Source of the DNA: Candidatus Eiseniibacteriota bacterium | GTDB taxonomy: Bacteria > Eisenbacteria > RBG-16-71-46 | Assembly: GCA_963776245.1 (NCBI GenBank) | Contig: CAVZLN010000003.1 | Location: forward strand, 96,001 to 160,000 | Reading direction: 5' to 3' | Length of the DNA: 64,000 bases | Part shown: in pieces, positions 61,164 through 64,000 of the stretch | How positions within the stretch are numbered: the stretch's first letter is position 1 | Layout: each line of letters begins with the position of its first letter | Translations under genes and position numbers: made by a program | The notes under the pieces: generated by a model | What the model was told of the DNA's origin: nothing | The model's database searches: none | The model's input: only the letters and a program-made list of their open reading frames with translations

Positions 61164-63308
61164 CTAGGGCAGCCCTCTGCGGCGCCGCCACGCCCATTCC
61201 ACGCTGAGCAGCGCCACCACCACCGCGAACACCCACGGCGACTCCCACAGCCGCAGCGAGGCCGACGCGCGACGCGCCAGCGCGCGCGCGGGCAGCGCGC
61301 GCGCCCAGCGCTCGACGTCGGCGCTGCCGGACACCGAGCCCCCCGCCGCGTGCGCCATCGCGGCGAGGCCCGCGCTGTCGGGTGCCACCCGCGCCTCCTC
61401 GAGGCTCCAGCGGTCGACCGCGAACTCGGCGCGCCCGCGGCCCAGTTCGCGGCCGCCGCGCGCGCCACGCGCGTTCACGCTCCAGCGTCCGGGGGCCAGG
61501 TCCTCGAGCGCGGCCTCGTAGGCGCCGGCGCCGCGCGGCTCGAAGCGCACGCGCCGCTCGCGGCCCGCGGGGTCGCGCAGCACGCCCTCCACGGCCGCGC
61601 CGGCGATCGGCCGGAAGCCCTCGTCCTGGAGCGTGGCGAACAGGCGCACGGTCTCGCCGCTGGCGGTGACGAGGCGCTCGGCGCGCACGCGCAGCGGCTC
61701 GCCCTGCACCGGCTCGGCGAGCCAGCGCACCAGCCGCCGCCACAGCCGGCGCCCGCGCTCGGCGCTCAGCGCGTCGTGGCCGGTGAGCGACCAGCGCCAC
61801 ACCCCGGTGCCGTTCACGAACAGCGCCTGCCCGCGGCCGATGCGTCGCGCGAACAGCAGCGCCGGACCGGGCGCCGAGGCGGCGAGCAGCACGCGGTCCC
61901 CGGCGCCGAGCGCCACCGGGGCGAGGTCGGCGAGCGGCGCCGCGGCACGCCACGCGCGGTCGCCGCGCGCCGCGTCGTCGTCCCACGCGGTGAGCTCGCG
62001 GCCCTCGGGCGTGGGCGCGGGCGAGGCGCTGCGCGCGAACAGGCGCGGATCGAGCCCCACCGCCAGGTCGCCCGCGAGCGCGCCGGTGCGATAGCGTGTC
62101 ACCCCGGGCGCCGGGCCGCCGAGCAGCAGCAGCCCGCCGCCGCCGCGCGCGAACTCCGCGAGCGCGCGGTCGAACCCCGGGCCCACGTCACTGGCGCCGA
62201 GCCCGTCCAGCACCACCACCGCGAGGCCCTTCAGATCGCCGGGCGCCGGCGTGTCCACCCGGCGCGCGCGCTCGAGTGAGCGCCAGCCGTCGCGGTCCCG
62301 AGCCACCGCCCGCACCGCCAGGCTCGAGTCCCCGGACAGCGCGCGGCGCAGGAAGGCGAGGTCCCAGTTGGGCGCGGCGCTCACGATCAGCACGCCGAGC
62401 CGTCCGGGCGCCACCTCGACCGCGGCGGTGCGCGCGTCGTTGGCGCGGCTGGCATCGCCGGACAGGGTGTCCACCCGTGCGCGCCACACCGCGAGCCCGG
62501 GCCGGGCGGGGGTCACGCGCAGTTCGGCCACCGCCTCGGCGCCGCCGCCGGGGGCGATCACGGTGGCGTGCGCCAGCTCGCGCCCGTCCTCGAACAGCCG
62601 CACCGGCACCGGCGTGCCGCGCGGCTCGTTGGTCACCACGTGCACGCGCACCGGCGTGGCCTCGCCGACGCGGGCGGTGGCCGGGGTCTCGACCTCGGCC
62701 ACCGCGCGGTCGGCCCCGCCGCCCTCGCCCACCACCACCGCGTGCACCGGCAGTCCGAGCGCGCGCGCGGCCGCGACCGGATCGGCGCCGGCGTTCACCG
62801 CGCCATCACTCACCACCACCACGCCGTCGGCACGCTGTCCCGCCGGCGTCGCGGGGAGCTCCGCGAGGACATCGCCGAGCGCCGTGGCGCCGGCCGCGCC
62901 GGTGCCACTGCTGTCGGCGCCGAGCCGCGCGGCGAACGGCAGCACCTCGAGCCGCGCGCGCCCGCCCCACGCCCGCGCCAGCGACTTCACCACGCGATCG
63001 GCCTCGACCGCGCGCGTCGGACCGCCCACCCGCGCCGGCAGTCCCATGCTGCGCGAACGATCGAGCAGCACCACCAGCCGCGCCGGTCCGGCGCCCGTGG
63101 CGCGCTCGAGGACCGGCTGGGCCAGCAGCGCCGCGAGCCCCACCAGCGCCAGCACGCGCAGCGTGGTGAGCGCGCGGCGCGCGATCACGGGGAGCGGGGG
63201 GAGCGCGAAGCGGTACGCCCACACGCCGAGCCCGGCGAGCGCCAGCGCCGCCGCCAGCAGGAGCCCCCACGGCGCGTTCGGGGCGAGATGGAGTGAAAGG
63301 TCGGTCAC
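61164..63308 (-). CDS. Membrane-anchored vWA-domain protein with Ig and glutamine-amidotransferase-like regions
   Basis: LDRSRSM, T.LG, VSDG..NAG, WRW, LLSVEWAWRRRRGLP. Confidence 0.8.
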   Translation of the reverse strand: MTDLSLHLAPNAPWGLLLAAALALAGLGVWAYRFALPPLPVIARRALTTLRVLALVGLAALLAQPVLERATGAGPARLVVLLDRSRSMGLPARVGGPTRAVEADRVVKSLARAWGGRARLEVLPFAARLGADSSGTGAAGATALGDVLAELPATPAGQRADGVVVVSDGAVNAGADPVAAARALGLPVHAVVVGEGGGADRAVAEVETPATARVGEATPVRVHVVTNEPRGTPVPVRLFEDGRELAHATVIAPGGGAEAVAELRVTPARPGLAVWRARVDTLSGDASRANDARTAAVEVAPGRLGVLIVSAAPNWDLAFLRRALSGDSSLAVRAVARDRDGWRSLERARRVDTPAPGDLKGLAVVVLDGLGASDVGPGFDRALAEFARGGGGLLLLGGPAPGVTRYRTGALAGDLAVGLDPRLFARSASPAPTPEGRELTAWDDDAARGDRAWRAAAPLADLAPVALGAGDRVLLAASAPGPALLFARRIGRGQALFVNGTGVWRWSLTGHDALSAERGRRLWRRLVRWLAEPVQGEPLRVRAERLVTASGETVRLFATLQDEGFRPIAGAAVEGVLRDPAGRERRVRFEPRGAGAYEAALEDLAPGRWSVNARGARGGRELGRGRAEFAVDRWSLEEARVAPDSAGLAAMAHAAGGSVSGSADVERWARALPARALARRASASLRLWESPWVFAVVVALLSVEWAWRRRRGLP

Positions 63309-63347
63309 GATCCCCCGGACGGCGGACGACTCGGCGCGTTGCCTCGC

Positions 63348-63848
63348 TCAGCCGGCAGGACGGGTCTGGTCGGCGAGACGCAGTCCTTCCAGGATGAGGC
63401 GGTCGAGCTCGACGTCGAGCTGCACGTCCTCCCCCTCGGGACGCTCGCCGGGGTGGTAGAGGAAGCGCCCGTCGCGCCACAGCAGCATGCCGTAGAGGAT
63501 GCGCCGCACCACCTCGGTCACCGCGCGCTGCACCTGCTCCGGCGACACCGCGCCCGACGCCACCAGCATGCTGCCCACGCGCTCGCCGGGCGCGTCCTTC
63601 TGCACCGCGAGCGCCAGCTCGAGCGCGTCGGGGCTCACCTCGCCGCGGTGCACGAGGATCTGGCCGACCTTCACCGACTGGCCGCTGGTGCGCGCGAACA
63701 CCGGCCGGCCCCGCTCGAAGAACAGCTCCGCGGTCTCGCTCGCGCGCGCGAACTCGATGCGCCCGGTCGCCTGCGCGAGATGGAGCATCTGGAGCACCTC
63801 GCTCGGCAGGAAGTGCCGCAGATCGCCCTCGAGCGCGGTGTCGCTCAC
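63348..63848 (-). CDS. DUF4388 (PATAN-like) domain protein
   Basis: LEGDL..F...EVLQML...TG, G.ILV..G, W..G.F, LILEGLR..D. Confidence 0.85.
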   Translation of the reverse strand: MSDTALEGDLRHFLPSEVLQMLHLAQATGRIEFARASETAELFFERGRPVFARTSGQSVKVGQILVHRGEVSPDALELALAVQKDAPGERVGSMLVASGAVSPEQVQRAVTEVVRRILYGMLLWRDGRFLYHPGERPEGEDVQLDVELDRLILEGLRLADQTRPAG

Positions 63849-64000
63849 TTGGCCCCCCATCGCACGTCGCCCACCACCCGGCCCGGCACCTGCGCCGCGC
63901 CGCGCATCAGGCGCAGGTTGTACCAGCCGAGCGCCACGCCCTGGATCAGGGTGGCGCCGAGCAGCACGCCGAGGGCGATCTCGGTGAGGGGCGCGAGCGT
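63845..64000 (-). CDS. C-terminus of a membrane protein continuing beyond the window
   Basis: Open frame ..EIALGVLLGATLIQGVALGWYNLRL..WGAK*; stop overlaps the DUF4388 GTG. Confidence 0.5.
   Translation of the reverse strand, partial: TLAPLTEIALGVLLGATLIQGVALGWYNLRLMRGAAQVPGRVVGDVRWGAK

Overview
High-GC bacterial window. The gene content suggests a Gram-negative FCB-related lineage such as Ca. Eisenbacteria (inference). Most of it is housekeeping or envelope genes: nucleoside salvage and ABC uptake, phoA, yggS-yggT-yggU-PNP-dksA-lspA-rluD-rsbW-ruvX-mltG, ssb, tmRNA, smpB, murI-rph-rdgB, a split transketolase and five tRNAs. There are many single-base frameshifts that look like long-read errors. 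The main signal is five secreted proteins, with two unrelated bodies, that end in the same short tail, C-x(3-4)-P-x4-[ST]-W-G-[RQ]-[VI]-K-x-L-Y-R-stop; one copy is hidden behind a frameshift. They lie near a PorU/gingipain-like C25 peptidase, three periplasmic PPIases, a dockerin-like secreted protein and a TMTC-like glycosyltransferase, so this is a candidate C-terminal sorting/surface-display system. Also notable: two copies of a long intergenic hairpin with an identical 28-nt apex but different lower stems, a promoter-short RNA-terminator leader in front of a NYN nuclease, and a 124-bp palindrome abutting tmRNA. All family assignments come from motif recognition by eye; no searches were run.
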